From Cyanophyceae cyanobacterium (GTDB lineage Bacteria; Cyanobacteriota; Cyanobacteriia; Cyanobacteriales; Laspinemataceae), in contig JBBQFN010000004.1 in NCBI GenBank assembly GCA_038321985.1, positions 64,001 to 128,000 of the forward strand: DNA of 64,000 bases, written 5' to 3'. Each line of letters opens with the position of its first letter. The first letter of the stretch is position 1. The position numbers and the translations under genes are program-made. Of the stretch, positions 22,147 to 35,976 are shown piece by piece. Below the pieces are notes generated by a model that was not told the origin of the DNA, made no database searches, and saw only the letters and a program-made list of their open reading frames with translations.

Positions 22147-23103
22147 TTAACGTTGCATTCCGGCGGCACCACCGACCACTTCCAGGATTTCCTGGGTAAT
22201 GGCGGCTTGACGTGCTTTGTTGTAAGTCAGAGTTAATGTCTCCATGAGTTCGCTGGCGTTTTCGCTGGCGTTGTTCATGGCGGTCATTCTGGCGGCTAGT
22301 TCGCTGGCGGCTGATTCTTGCAAGGCGCGCAATAACTGGTTATTCAGATATAGCGGCAGCAAGGCTTCCAAAATTTGGGCCGGATCTTGCTCGAAAATCA
22401 TGTCCCGAGGGAAGGCTTCCGGCGCAGCAGTGGAAGCGACTTTTTCACGCTGAACGTCGAAGGAACCGCCTTTACTGGTGAGGCGGAAGATTTCATCGTC
22501 CGGCACTTCTAAGCCTTGGCGATCGAGGGGTAACAGGGTTTGAATGACGGGTTTGGAACTGATTAATGACACGAATTTCGTGTAAATCAATTCTACGCGA
22601 TCGACGCTTTCCGAGAGGAACAAAGATAGCACTTCATCTGCAATTTCTGAGGCTTCTTTTGCTGTCGGAATCTGTTCTAATCCGATGTAGGAAGCGTCGA
22701 TGGGTGCGTTACGTCGGGTGAAGTATTGAGTGGCTTTTCGTCCGACAAGCACCAATTTATAATCCAACCCTTCGGCTTGGATTTCTTTAATCCGAGCTTC
22801 GGCGCGTTTGATGATGTTGTTATTGTAGCCGCCACACAAACCCCGATCGCCCGTGATTACGAGCAATCCTACGGTATTCACTTCGCGCTGTTTCAACAAG
22901 GGCAGGTCTACATCTTCAAACCGCATCCGAGTTTGCAATCCGAAGAGGACCTGAGCCAAGCGATCGGCAAAAGGGCGAGTTCCGAGGACTTGTGCTTGAG
23001 CTCTACGCACCTTAGCTGCTGCCACGAGGCGCATGGCTTCGGTGATTTTTTTCGTGTTTTTTACTGACTGGATGCGATCGCGAATCGCCTTTAGATTTGC
23101 CAT
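22147..23103 (-). CDS. atpG: ATP synthase F1 gamma subunit (atpC in cyanobacterial nomenclature)
   Basis: [29 protein letters not shown] and [13 protein letters not shown]. Confidence 0.98.
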   Translation of the reverse strand: MANLKAIRDRIQSVKNTKKITEAMRLVAAAKVRRAQAQVLGTRPFADRLAQVLFGLQTRMRFEDVDLPLLKQREVNTVGLLVITGDRGLCGGYNNNIIKRAEARIKEIQAEGLDYKLVLVGRKATQYFTRRNAPIDASYIGLEQIPTAKEASEIADEVLSLFLSESVDRVELIYTKFVSLISSKPVIQTLLPLDRQGLEVPDDEIFRLTSKGGSFDVQREKVASTAAPEAFPRDMIFEQDPAQILEALLPLYLNNQLLRALQESAASELAARMTAMNNASENASELMETLTLTYNKARQAAITQEILEVVGGAAGMQR

Positions 23104-23217
23104 AATCCCAAATCAAGAATCAAGAATTTAAAATTAAACCTAATGCATGAAGAATTGAGAATGAAGAATATCAGAAATCTTGCATTCTTCATTCCCAATT
23201 CTTCTCAAGTGCTGGTC

Positions 23218-25389
<2,172 letters not shown>

Positions 25390-25393
<4 letters not shown>

Positions 25394-25935
25394 CGATTTC
25401 CTCCGAGCATCGCAATACTGTTATCAATGAGTTGTTGTTGTTTGCCTTCATCGAGTTGGCCTTTGAGTTGAGTTTCAACTCGCTCTAATGCCATTGTTGC
25501 CACTCGTTGGCGTAATTCAGCCATTGCTCGTTCTTTAGCGGCGTTGAGGTCTTGTCCGGCTTCTGCTCTTAAGCGTTCTAAATCTTTTTGAGCTTGAGCG
25601 GCAATTTGTTGTCTTTCAACGGTGGCGCGTTCTTGGGCTTGGGCTTTGATGTTCTCAGCTTCAGCTTGAGCTTGGGCTAGTTTCTGCTGTTGGTCCGAGA
25701 GTTTTGCCGCTGCATCTTTCTGACGTTTTTCAGCTTCTTTAATGGCAGATTCTATTTTTGTGCGTCGTTCGGTTAGAATGTTTCCTAAAACTTTCCGACC
25801 GAAGTAGAACAGCACGCCAATGACGATCGCCAAGTTAACAATGTTGGTTTCAAAAAAGTCTAAGTTAAGACCGAAACCTCCTTCTGCTGCTCCTTCTGCA
25901 TGAGAAGCGAGCAACCAAAAAGTTCCCAGAATCAT
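25390..25935 (-). CDS. atpF: ATP synthase F0 subunit b
   Basis: FGLNLDFFETNIVNL followed by a TM helix and coiled coil. Confidence 0.95.
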
Positions 25936-26037
25936 AAGATCGATAACTTCCTTTACTTAATGCCGTCGTTCGTTAGAATGTTTTTACTTGTTAGAGGAAA
26001 AGGTTAATATAATGCTTTGCCTCTAAATCCTGCGTCT

Positions 26038-26526
26038 CTAACTCTTGACTAAGTTTGTGCCGACGAGTTTTTCGAGAATCTGGCGGCTTAAGGCATCGAC
26101 TTGCTGTTCTAAGGAGCTCATCGCTTCTTGCTTTTGCTGCTCGATTTCTCGCTGAGCTTGCTCTCGTTGAGCTTGACTTTCTCGCTGGGCATCTGCGATT
26201 TGATCCGCTGCGGTTTTCTGGGCTTCTGCTTGGGCTTGAGCAATAATCTCTTGCGCTTTCTTCCGACTTTGAGCTAGTTCTTGCTCATATTGCCGTGCCA
26301 AGTTTTCTGCTTTCGACAGGCGTTCTTTAGCGCCTTGTTCGCTGGAACGAACGAACTCGTTGCGATCGTCGATCGCCTTGCCGAGAGGCTTATAAAAGAT
26401 CGCGTTTAAAACTACCGCCAAAATGATAAATTGCAGCGCCATGATCGGTAAGGTGGCGTCAAAATCAAATAGCCCACCTTCCTTTGCCGCAGTTTCAGCA
26501 GCTAGTAAGATCGTCCATTGAATCAT
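26038..26526 (-). CDS. atpF2: ATP synthase F0 subunit b' (atpG in cyanobacterial nomenclature)
   Basis: [17 protein letters not shown] motif; position in the operon. Confidence 0.95.
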   Translation of the reverse strand: MIQWTILLAAETAAKEGGLFDFDATLPIMALQFIILAVVLNAIFYKPLGKAIDDRNEFVRSSEQGAKERLSKAENLARQYEQELAQSRKKAQEIIAQAQAEAQKTAADQIADAQRESQAQREQAQREIEQQKQEAMSSLEQQVDALSRQILEKLVGTNLVKS

Positions 26527-26646
26527 AGTAAATCAGCCGCTATTGCTTTCGGGGGTTGAACGGGATGGAAATCTAAACAACAGCGCCCGGTTGTAGAGAG
26601 ATGATGTTATAATCACCTCTCTACACCTGGCACCGCTTTAATCTTC

Positions 26647-26907
<261 letters not shown>

Positions 26908-26995
26908 TTAGTACAAAATGAACGATTTACAGAATGAACGAACTCAGATTTTGGCGGTTCGATCGCGCTCAAAATCTAACTATCAAATCCTAATT

Positions 26996-27751
26996 TTAGT
27001 CGTGATGTTCTTCGCCGTGGCCTTCCATCGCTTCACCGATGTAGACCGCCGCTAAGGTGGCGAAAATCAGGGCTTGAATCGCACTGGTGAATAGTCCCAA
27101 AATCATCACCGGAAGGGGGATAAATAGGGGTACCAACAACACGAAAACCCCCACCACTAACTCATCTGCCAAGATGTTTCCAAATAGACGGAAACTCAGG
27201 GAGAGAGGCTTGGTAAAATCTTCCAGAATGTTGATTGGCAAAAGGATCGGCGTGGGCTGAATGTATTTAGCAAAATACCCCAAACCGCGCTTGCGGAATC
27301 CGGCATAGAAATAAGCCAAAGATGTCAGCAAGGACAGTGCTACAGTGGTGTTGATATCACTCGTCGGAGCAGCTAATTCGCCGCCTGGAATGTGAATCAG
27401 CTTCCAAGGCACCAACGCGCCAGACCAGTTGCTCACAAAGATGAACAGAAATAATGTGCCAACAAAGGGCACCCAAGGCCGATATTCTTTCTCTCCGATT
27501 TGGCCTTTGGCTAAGTCTCTAATAAACTCCAGGGCATATTCCATAAAGTTTTGAATGCCACCCGGGATCCGTTGGATGTTCCGAGTAGCTGCCAAGGAGG
27601 TGACAACTAGCAATCCCATCACAAACCAGGAAGTTAAGACAACCTGACCATGAAGTTTGAGACCGCCAACTTGCCAATAGAAGTGCTTGCCTACTTCCAA
27701 TTCGGCGATCGGGAGCGAATTAAAGGCGTTTAAAACCTCTAGCATATCCAT
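26996..27751 (-). CDS. atpB: ATP synthase F0 subunit a (atpI in cyanobacterial nomenclature)
   Basis: PTSDINTT and [14 protein letters not shown]. Confidence 0.98.
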   Translation of the reverse strand: MDMLEVLNAFNSLPIAELEVGKHFYWQVGGLKLHGQVVLTSWFVMGLLVVTSLAATRNIQRIPGGIQNFMEYALEFIRDLAKGQIGEKEYRPWVPFVGTLFLFIFVSNWSGALVPWKLIHIPGGELAAPTSDINTTVALSLLTSLAYFYAGFRKRGLGYFAKYIQPTPILLPINILEDFTKPLSLSFRLFGNILADELVVGVFVLLVPLFIPLPVMILGLFTSAIQALIFATLAAVYIGEAMEGHGEEHHD

Positions 27752-27797
27752 TAAGCGGGGTTCCAGAGGGACTGGATGGTTTGCAAAATGCCTTGTC

Positions 27798-28241
27798 CTA
27801 TTTGGAGTCCGGCAAAAGGGTCGTTTGAAGGATGTAGACGAGGAGCGCGGCTTTATATGTCAGGAAACCCAGAAATATGGGCAGGAGCTGTAGCTGATCC
27901 CACTGAGTTGCTACTATAATCAACCCAATAAACATCGCCAGTCTGCCTTTACTCAGACTTTGCTTCTGATTGCCTAGACGCTCAACATCTCTTGCCAACA
28001 TTCTCAAGTAAACCACACCCGTGCACGCCCCGATCAAATAATTCAGGGCAATATTGAGCGAATAATAGAACCAAACCGAGACAAACACGACGACTGTAAT
28101 CACAAGGGTCGAGACCATCAACTTTTGTTTAAGCTGATGGTACTCATCCATCGAGGAATTTTCCTCGGGTGCGCGAGTCTCGGTGGGGTCGAGTTCTCGC
28201 TCTTGGGAAGTGGGTTCTTCAGAAGGGTCTGACAAGTTCAC
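27798..28241 (-). CDS. atp1: ATP synthase protein I (Atp1/UncI-like)
   Basis: First gene of the operon, four hydrophobic segments, [17 protein letters not shown] and GFLTYKAA. Confidence 0.9.
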   Translation of the reverse strand: MNLSDPSEEPTSQERELDPTETRAPEENSSMDEYHQLKQKLMVSTLVITVVVFVSVWFYYSLNIALNYLIGACTGVVYLRMLARDVERLGNQKQSLSKGRLAMFIGLIIVATQWDQLQLLPIFLGFLTYKAALLVYILQTTLLPDSK

Positions 28242-28405
28242 TCTTAGTTAACTTAAGCCCAGATCGTTACACCTGGACGCTAACAGGCCAAAATGAATAA
28301 TATCACGCGCCGGTAACATAACTTAAAAAATAATAAATTAATCTTGCCCGGGAATTTTCCTGGATCCAGGTTGGGGCGGATGAGGGATTTGCCTCACATT
28401 TAAGA

Positions 28406-28654
28406 GCACTTCCGGTCCCCTCCCCTTGGCAAGGGGAGGGTTAGGGTGGGGTCCTCTTCGCGTGGCGATCGCACCTCCAGAGGAATAATTGGGTGGAGAA
28501 TTCTCCTACAGGCGAGATCGCTCGTGACGAAGAAAGAGGTTGGCATCCGGCTCCATGCAGAGGCTTAAACCGTTAAGAGGGCGTGACGTGGCGATCTCCA
28601 CCTCAGAACCCCACCCTAACCCTCCCCTTGCCAAGGGGAGGGGACCGGAGGTGC
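28406..28654. mobile_element. REPIN/MITE-like unit: two inverted 50-bp REP-like arms around a ~150-bp spacer
   Basis: 28406-28455 matches the reverse complement of 28605-28654 at 48/50 positions. TTAA lies 2 bp outside each arm. Confidence 0.75.
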
Positions 28655-28722
28655 AGTTAAGGGTAAAAAATCGACTCTTGTAAGTCTCCCCATCTCCCCC
28701 ATCCTCCTCATCTCCCCCATGC

Positions 28723-29802
28723 TCACCCCACTCCCTTTAAAGCAAAAACGCGCAGACGTTCTTCTATGGGGGTGACTTGCACTCGGGTTCCGACTGCTAA
28801 CAGAGACTCCCCGCTACTGCGTGCATGAAATTCTCGTCCCGAGGGGGTCATCAAACAATATCGGTGTTCTCGTCCTAAGAACTGCCGATCGCGAATCACC
28901 ACTTCTCCCGTTTCATCCGGTTTCAGAATTAAATCTTCCTCTCGAATCATAATCTCGGCTTCTTCGGAAGTCTCTATCGGTTCGGGATTCCCCAGTTCAG
29001 GGACTGTTACCGCAAAAGACCCCACCTCGGTTTCCCAGAGTTTGCCCATGCGTCGCGCGGGCAGAAAATTCGCCTGGGTGACAAATCCAGCGACAAATCG
29101 CGAGGCGGGTTCTTCATAAATCTGTTCGGGGGTCCCGAATTGTTCAATCCTTCCCTTTTTCATCACCGCAATGCGATCGCTAATTGCTAAGGCTTCCTCT
29201 TGATCATGGGTGACAAAAATCGCCGTCGTATTTGTACTCTTGAGAATCTTCCGAATTTCTTCTCTTAAATACAGCCGCACTTGTACGTCTAAATTGCTCA
29301 ACGGTTCATCCAGTAAGACGATCGCTGGTGCCGGTGCGATCGCCCGCGCTAACGCAACTCGCTGCCGTTGACCCCCAGACAGTTGATGGGGATAGCGCTT
29401 TTCTAGTCCCTGCAACCCTACCAAGGAGACTGCCTCAGTCACTTTATGCTGGATCCGTTGTTTCTTTTGATTTTTCAACCCAAATGCTACATTTTCCGCG
29501 ACAGTCAAATGAGGAAACAATGCATATTCTTGAAACACCATCCCTAATTGCCGATGTTCTGGGGGAATCCAGACCCCACCCCCGGCAACCTGTCTTCCCC
29601 CAATTTCAATTTTCCCCATATCCGGCTTTTCAAATCCCGCCAATAACCGTAATAGGGTCGTTTTGCCACAACCGGAGGGACCCAGCAAGGTTAGAATCTC
29701 GCCCTTCTGTAAATTCAAGGACACTCGATCAACCGCAGGATACCCACTGGCATCAAATGTTTTAGTAACGGTTTCTAATCTTAAAATTTCGGGTTCATTC
29801 AT
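28723..29802 (-). CDS. futC: Fe(III) ABC transporter ATP-binding subunit
   Basis: GPSGCGKTT, LSGGQ and LLDEP motifs with a TOBE-like tail. In an operon with the permease and binding protein. Confidence 0.9.
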   Translation of the reverse strand: MNEPEILRLETVTKTFDASGYPAVDRVSLNLQKGEILTLLGPSGCGKTTLLRLLAGFEKPDMGKIEIGGRQVAGGGVWIPPEHRQLGMVFQEYALFPHLTVAENVAFGLKNQKKQRIQHKVTEAVSLVGLQGLEKRYPHQLSGGQRQRVALARAIAPAPAIVLLDEPLSNLDVQVRLYLREEIRKILKSTNTTAIFVTHDQEEALAISDRIAVMKKGRIEQFGTPEQIYEEPASRFVAGFVTQANFLPARRMGKLWETEVGSFAVTVPELGNPEPIETSEEAEIMIREEDLILKPDETGEVVIRDRQFLGREHRYCLMTPSGREFHARSSGESLLAVGTRVQVTPIEERLRVFALKGVG

Positions 29803-29997
29803 TATCTTTATAATCGAAGTTAATTTCTATTATTTATGGTCCTAATCAGCCTAACAATTTTATTACAACTTAAGCTCTTATAAAATTTTTAATTCTAATA
29901 CTCAAAAATTAATCTATTTTAATTTAAGATAAATTATAAATCTTTCTATTTTTTAAATGCTGAGATTCATCCTCTTTAAAATTATCATACTTTTTCC

Positions 29998-31656
29998 TTA
30001 ATTCTTGGATGGAGTTCGCCATAATAAAACTAAAGTAGAACCAGCAGATACGACCAACAGGGTGAGAGAAGCCGCAGCGGCATCAGTAAACTGCACATCC
30101 TCTGTCGCTTGCCAAATCTGGGTCGCCAGAGTTTTAAATCCAATAGGAGAAAGCAACATTGTCGCGGGAAGTTCTTTGATGGCCGTCAAAAACACCAGGA
30201 CAGCACCGCCTAAAACGCCTGGACTGACTAAAGGTAAGGTAATTTCTCGCAGGGTTTGCCAGGGAGTGCGCCCCAAAGTGCGAGCCGATTCTTCTAATTG
30301 CGGGTTGACTTGCAGGAGAGAACTCCGAATCGTGCCGACAGATTGGGGTAAAAATAACACTAAATAGGCAAACACTAACATCGGCAGGGTTTGATATAAA
30401 AAGGGAACGTAGTTGGCACCGATAAAGACTAAAGAGAGGGCGACTACAATTCCAGGCAAGCCAAAACCAATGTAGGTTAAGCGTTCGATCGCCGTGGTGA
30501 GAGGTCCGGGAAAGCGCACGGAAAGAATGGCGACGGGGAGGGCAAATAGGGTCGCAATGATTGCAGAAAGACCGGATCCGAGAATTGAATTAAAGGCGGT
30601 TGTGAGGACGTCTGGGGGGATTTTACCCGCGTTGAGTCCACGCCATAACCAGAATACAGTCACGGCAAGGGGTAAGACTAACCCCAAGGCGGTGATGATG
30701 CTGCAAAAGGCGATCGCCGGCCATTTCCATCTTCCCAAGGCGATCCGGGTGGGGGGGCGACTGCTTCCCGAACTGCTACTGTAATACGCGCCACGGGTTC
30801 GCACTCTGTATTCGGTTGCCAGAATTACCAATAACAGGGCGACTAATACTAACGCTAGCACTGCCGCTGAGTTACGGTTAAAACTACTCTTATACTGGAT
30901 AAAAATTACCCGGGTAAAGGAGTCGAACCGCATCAAACTGGGAGTGCCAAAATCACGCAAGGAATAGAGGGCGACTAATAACCCCCCAGCGACTAAGGAC
31001 GGGCGTAACTGGGGTAGGGTAACTTCCCAGAAGGTAGACCAACTATTGTTTCCCAGGATACGTGAGGCTTCTTCGATCGCCGGATCAATGCCTTGCAAGC
31101 CCGATCGCAGGGCAATCAACAAATATGGATAGGTAAACAGAGTTAGGGCTAGGATAGCACCGGGCCACCCATAAATTGAGGGTAATTCTTTGACTCCAAA
31201 GGGTTCCAGCAAGAGTTGCACCCAACTGCCTCGGGTTCCAAAGGTTGCAATCAGGGCGAAGCTACCCACATAGCTAGGAACCGCCAGAGGAAGGGTGGTA
31301 ACGACTGACCAAAACCGCCGCCCGGGTAAATGGGTGCGTTCAGTCAAAAAGGCTAAGGGCAAGGAAATTAAGGCCGAAAACAGGGTCACTGCTGCCGCTA
31401 AACCTGTACTTCGGGCCAGTACCTCTAGGGTGCGCGGACGCGAGAGCAAGGTCCCGACTTCCTCAAAACCGGCACCTGCCGCGCGGATGATTAGATAAAG
31501 TAAGGGAAGGGAGATCGCCACGGCAGTCAGAGTTCCGGCTGCTGCCAAAAAGGCCGGAGGACGAGACCCTTTGACTGAGGGTCGATAACTTCCCAACACT
31601 TTCTCTAGCTGCTTGCCAATTGAGGCGATCGCCCTTCCGGGTTCTGTGAATTTCAT
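29998..31656 (-). CDS. futB: Fe(III) ABC transporter permease
   Basis: Two EAA loops (EEASRILG, EESARTLG) in a duplicated permease. Confidence 0.9.
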   Translation of the reverse strand: MKFTEPGRAIASIGKQLEKVLGSYRPSVKGSRPPAFLAAAGTLTAVAISLPLLYLIIRAAGAGFEEVGTLLSRPRTLEVLARSTGLAAAVTLFSALISLPLAFLTERTHLPGRRFWSVVTTLPLAVPSYVGSFALIATFGTRGSWVQLLLEPFGVKELPSIYGWPGAILALTLFTYPYLLIALRSGLQGIDPAIEEASRILGNNSWSTFWEVTLPQLRPSLVAGGLLVALYSLRDFGTPSLMRFDSFTRVIFIQYKSSFNRNSAAVLALVLVALLLVILATEYRVRTRGAYYSSSSGSSRPPTRIALGRWKWPAIAFCSIITALGLVLPLAVTVFWLWRGLNAGKIPPDVLTTAFNSILGSGLSAIIATLFALPVAILSVRFPGPLTTAIERLTYIGFGLPGIVVALSLVFIGANYVPFLYQTLPMLVFAYLVLFLPQSVGTIRSSLLQVNPQLEESARTLGRTPWQTLREITLPLVSPGVLGGAVLVFLTAIKELPATMLLSPIGFKTLATQIWQATEDVQFTDAAAASLTLLVVSAGSTLVLLWRTPSKN

Positions 31657-31929
31657 CCTTGACTAGATACCTTTCGCACCCTAGATTGCATCTTACTTTT
31701 TATGATCTATCCTGGCTTGAGTCTCTACAATGTTACAAAAGAGGAAAGCGATCACGGCGATCGCTAACTTTTTCCCCGGGTTGAGTGAGGGAAAGTTCCT
31801 CATGTTGCGCTAGGTTCTGGCAACAGTTGGTGACAGAACCTAGGAAAAGTCACTCGCCAATCAGGTGACATTATTTATTTCTAAAGGGCGATCGCCGCAC
31901 TATTTCCCTAGCAGTTTTTCAGGCAATCC

Positions 31930-33000
31930 CTATAAAATTCCAGTTTCCTCTAGGAGTTTTAGCGTTCCTTCTAAATCATCGAGGTTACTCAGATCCATTT
32001 CCGGGTATTTAATCTCCGATAAAGGTTTCAGAGTTTTAGTGGCAGTTACATTGCTTGCCAAGGGATACTCGTAAGTTTCTTCCGTAAAGTATTCCTGGGC
32101 TTGAGGACTTAACATAAAGTTAACGAACTGTTGCGATGCTGCCGGATTGTCTGTATTCTCCAAAATACTGACCCCAGCCACATTCACCAATGATCCCACA
32201 TCGTTAGGGAATGAGTGAGCCACAGGCGCATCTGGATTTTCCGCCTTAAATTTTTCTAGGTAGTAGTGATTGACAAATCCAACGGCAATTTCACCCCGAG
32301 AAAGCGCTTCTACGATCGCCGTATTCTTGGGATATACTTTGGGATTGTTAGCCTGAACCCCTTGTAACCATTCCCGCGTCTGTTCCTCCCCCACAGAGAG
32401 TCGCATCGCCGTGACAAAGGCTTGAAATGACCCGTTACTCGGTGCCCACCCAATTTGTCCGTCCCACTTGGGATCGGTCAATTCCATTACTGATTGCGGC
32501 ACTTGATCCGCTTGTACAAGATTGGTATTGTAATCTAAGGTGCGAACCCGACCCGTAATTCCAACCCATTCACCTTCAGGAGATCGATACCGCGCCTCCA
32601 CTTGATTGAGGATATCTTGGGGCAGTTTGCTCGTGCGATCGGCTTTCTGAAGTGCACCCAGAGCACCCGCATCCTGAGCAAAAAAGACATCTGCCGGTGT
32701 ATTTTCGCCTTCTTCAAGAATAGCTGCGGCGAGTTCTGCCGTATCTCCGTAGCGGACTTGGATATCAATACCCGTTTCGGTCTTGAATTGTTCAATCAAG
32801 GAACCCACTAGATTCTCGTTGCGACCGGAATAAACAACCAAAGGTTCTCCGCTGACTGGGTTAGCAGCTGTCGTTACCACTGGGGTCGGTTCGGTACTGG
32901 CGGTGGGGGTCGTTCCGTTAGAACAGGCAACTACCAGTCCGCCACTTGCTAGGGCCAACCCTACTAAACTCAATATCTTTCTGCGTTTCACTCCTTGCAC
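31930..33000 (-). CDS. futA: Fe(III) ABC transporter substrate-binding lipoprotein
   Basis: Lipobox VVAC, VYSGR, EGENTPADVF and iron-binding NHYY. Confidence 0.88.
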   Translation of the reverse strand: MQGVKRRKILSLVGLALASGGLVVACSNGTTPTASTEPTPVVTTAANPVSGEPLVVYSGRNENLVGSLIEQFKTETGIDIQVRYGDTAELAAAILEEGENTPADVFFAQDAGALGALQKADRTSKLPQDILNQVEARYRSPEGEWVGITGRVRTLDYNTNLVQADQVPQSVMELTDPKWDGQIGWAPSNGSFQAFVTAMRLSVGEEQTREWLQGVQANNPKVYPKNTAIVEALSRGEIAVGFVNHYYLEKFKAENPDAPVAHSFPNDVGSLVNVAGVSILENTDNPAASQQFVNFMLSPQAQEYFTEETYEYPLASNVTATKTLKPLSEIKYPEMDLSNLDDLEGTLKLLEETGIL

Positions 33001-33903
33001 CTCCCAAAAAAACTATATATGTTTCAGCTATTAGTTGCACTCAATTAAGAAAAACTCTCAACTAACTGGAAACAGAAATCCAGCCGAGGCCATTTTTCAA
33101 TCCAAGATATGAATTTACGGTATCCGACGAGTTCCGTCAACCTTAATGAAATAAATTGTCGTTTTTAATTTTTTCACAACCTCCCCCGAGGCCAAACTGT
33201 CTTCAAGGGCCAAATCAGAACGCTTGTAACCGGGTTTTACTCCCTGGGGACTTTGACGAACTATCAAAAAAATTTAGATAAAACGAGGCAGAGGGGGAGT
33301 TTTCTGAATCAAACGGAGAAAACTCCCCTGATTGATGGCTAAATTTGTTGCAGTTGCTCAAAAAACTTTACAAACAATCCCAGCTTGGCCCCAGCCTTCT
33401 GTTACTCCGCTACTAGCTCACACCTGGTCTCTATTCAGAGCTTGGCCCCCCTAATTAATTGCTAATAAATAGCAATTAATTAAGATTAGCCTGGTATAAG
33501 CCAATACGTTTAAGAAGTTTTTAACAATTAATTTGCATATTTTGAAAAGTTTTAGTACAGTTTCTTTTTCAAATAGCAAGGAGTCAACTCAAAAAAATAT
33601 TTTCATTTTTAAACAAATTAAATGTAAAGTAGTGTTGCCAGAGTCTAGGAAGGGAAGAGATTTCCTAAAAGGATTCAGGGCTAAGGGCCAAGGACTCAGG
33701 GTTAAGGCTCCAGAACTCTCCCGGAGAAGGGCCGATCGCCCGGAGTATTTTTAGGCCCTTATTCCCGGAAAGTGCGCTCAGATCAGCGTTAGCCCAAACC
33801 TAATAAATAACCAGGCCAGCAATCCCTGAGTAAAAAATCCTGTAATCCTTACTAAAAAAGAACTCTAGGCACTTTAAGCCCTAATAAATTTTCCTCTAAC
33901 GAT

Positions 33904-33967
33904 GTATCCCGGTTTACTTGACAGGGACAAAAAAATCAAGTATCTCTTAAGTTGATATGCATTTTCA
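33904..33967 (+). promoter_or_regulatory. Probable porin promoter: NtcA-type box, TTGACA -35 and Fur-box-like site
   Basis: GTA-N8-TAC at 33904-33917, TTGACA at 33918-33923, weak -10 TATCTC after 17 bp, and TGATATGCATTTTCA at 33953-33967. Confidence 0.5.
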
Positions 33968-34273
33968 GCGATTTTTAAGTCAAGACTGTTACGGATGATC
34001 ACAGACCCCCTGGCATCGTGAAACCTTGAGGAAGACGACATAGCACTCCCGGGGAGAGAAAGCGGTCGTGAACCCGGATAGTCTTCTCATCTGTGATGGT
34101 CAACAGGGGAGACAGGCTAAAGACCCGATCTCAGCAAGGGAGCGATGGCAGCTTAGATCTGATTCATACAGTGTTATGAATCAGATCTAAAATTAAACAA
34201 CCCGTTCCAGAAAGTTGGCATTAAAAACGCTGGAGAAGTGCTTTTTAGGTGTGAGAAAAACGGAAAGAACGGA

Positions 34274-35947
34274 ATGCGTCACAATTGGATGAAGGTCATG
34301 CTGGCATCCCCAGCGATTCTGGCGATCGAGGCCATCATTCCGACGGGAATCGGTGCAGTGTCTCTATCGGAAATCGCCCAACCGGATCCAGTACCGGAGG
34401 TCGCGGCGATCGCTCAAAATGGTCCAACCCCAGAATCAGCAGATATTCTGGAACAAATCAATCTCTACTCCCAAGCCGAGCTAGAAGCAGGTCCCTTGGA
34501 ACAGGTCAACTCGGTCCGCGAACTCACCGATGTTAGCCCCACGGACTGGGCATTTCAGGCCGTCAGCGCCCTGGCGGAGCGCCATCAATGTCTCTTAGGC
34601 TATAGCGACGGTACCTATCGTGGCAACCGCGCCATGACTCGCTACGAATTTGCAGTCAGCTTAAACGCCTGTTTAATTCAAATTCAGGAACGGCTCGACG
34701 GCTTGAACGCCTTATCTCCCGACGAAATTAATGCAATCCGCCGATTACAAGAAGAATTTGCGGCTGAACTAGCAACTCTTAGAGGTCGAGTCGATGCCTT
34801 AGAAATTCGCACCGTAGAATTAGAAGCCAATCAGTTCTCCCCGACTACCAAATTCAGTGGTGAAGTCCTGATGGCCCCGATTCATGCCTTTGGCGATCGC
34901 GGAGAAACCACAGCAGGCGGGGAAGATACCGAACTCTCCTTCGGTTATAGGGCTCGTTTGCTCTTTGACTCTAGCTTGACAGGTCGCGATCGCCTCCGAA
35001 CTCGATTAGAAATTAGAAACGTTGCTCGCTTGGATGCCACCACGGGCACCGTCATGTCCCGATTGGGATTCGATGGAGAAAATGGTAATGACGTCATCCT
35101 GGAACGCCTAGAATATCGGTTCCCCGTCACCGATAGTCTCCGGATGTGGGTCGGTACGCAATTTTCTACGGATCACGTTATCCCTGTGACTAATCCCCTG
35201 TTTGAAAGTTCTGGTAGCGGTGCTCTGTCCCGATTTGGCCGTCGCAACCCCAGTATTTTTCGGCAACCGACTGGTGCGGGTGCTGGGTTTGAATACAAAT
35301 TTGGGAATGTGGCGAGACTGTATGGTCTCTATCAAGCCCCCACGGCCAGTACCCCAACCGCTAAAAATGGCTTATTTGATGGGCGATATGCTGCCACAAC
35401 CCAACTGACCCTCACTCCCATTGAACCGTTAGAGGTGAGTTTAGCTTATTCGCACTCCTACTTTCCCAGTGGAGAAGTTGACATTTCTGGGGGGACAGGT
35501 TCTGGCTATGCTAGACGACCCTTTACTAATGATGTTGCCACCTCTTCCAATAACTTTGGGGTACAAGCCAGCTTCGCATTTGAGCCAGTCACCGTTTCTG
35601 GTTGGGCTGGTTGGTCATTAGCTGAAGCCCAAGTCAGTGATGGAGATGTCAGCAGCGGCGACAGTGCCACCTTATTTAACTGGGCGCTAAATGTCGGGGT
35701 TCCCGATTTAGTCAAAGATGGTAGTCTGCTCGGTTTTATTGTCGGCCAACAGCCGAAAGTCATCAGTAATGATATATCCGGACGGGAAGACCCGGATACT
35801 TCCTTGCATTTTGAGGCATTATTCAAGTATCCCATCACCCGGCAAATCAGCATTACTCCGGGATTTTTCGTGATTACCAATCCCGATCATAATTCAGCCA
35901 ATAATACTATCTGGGTCGGCACCATGAGAACTCAGTTTAGTTTCTAA
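34274..35947 (+). CDS. Cyanobacterial SLH-domain OprB-type porin, probably iron-uptake related
   Basis: DVSPTDWAFQA SLH motif, QFSPTTK and C-terminal Phe (RTQFSF). Divergent from futABC. Confidence 0.92.
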   Translation: MRHNWMKVMLASPAILAIEAIIPTGIGAVSLSEIAQPDPVPEVAAIAQNGPTPESADILEQINLYSQAELEAGPLEQVNSVRELTDVSPTDWAFQAVSALAERHQCLLGYSDGTYRGNRAMTRYEFAVSLNACLIQIQERLDGLNALSPDEINAIRRLQEEFAAELATLRGRVDALEIRTVELEANQFSPTTKFSGEVLMAPIHAFGDRGETTAGGEDTELSFGYRARLLFDSSLTGRDRLRTRLEIRNVARLDATTGTVMSRLGFDGENGNDVILERLEYRFPVTDSLRMWVGTQFSTDHVIPVTNPLFESSGSGALSRFGRRNPSIFRQPTGAGAGFEYKFGNVARLYGLYQAPTASTPTAKNGLFDGRYAATTQLTLTPIEPLEVSLAYSHSYFPSGEVDISGGTGSGYARRPFTNDVATSSNNFGVQASFAFEPVTVSGWAGWSLAEAQVSDGDVSSGDSATLFNWALNVGVPDLVKDGSLLGFIVGQQPKVISNDISGREDPDTSLHFEALFKYPITRQISITPGFFVITNPDHNSANNTIWVGTMRTQFSF

Positions 35948-35976
35948 GCTGATTGTATTAGTTTCAGTAAACACCT

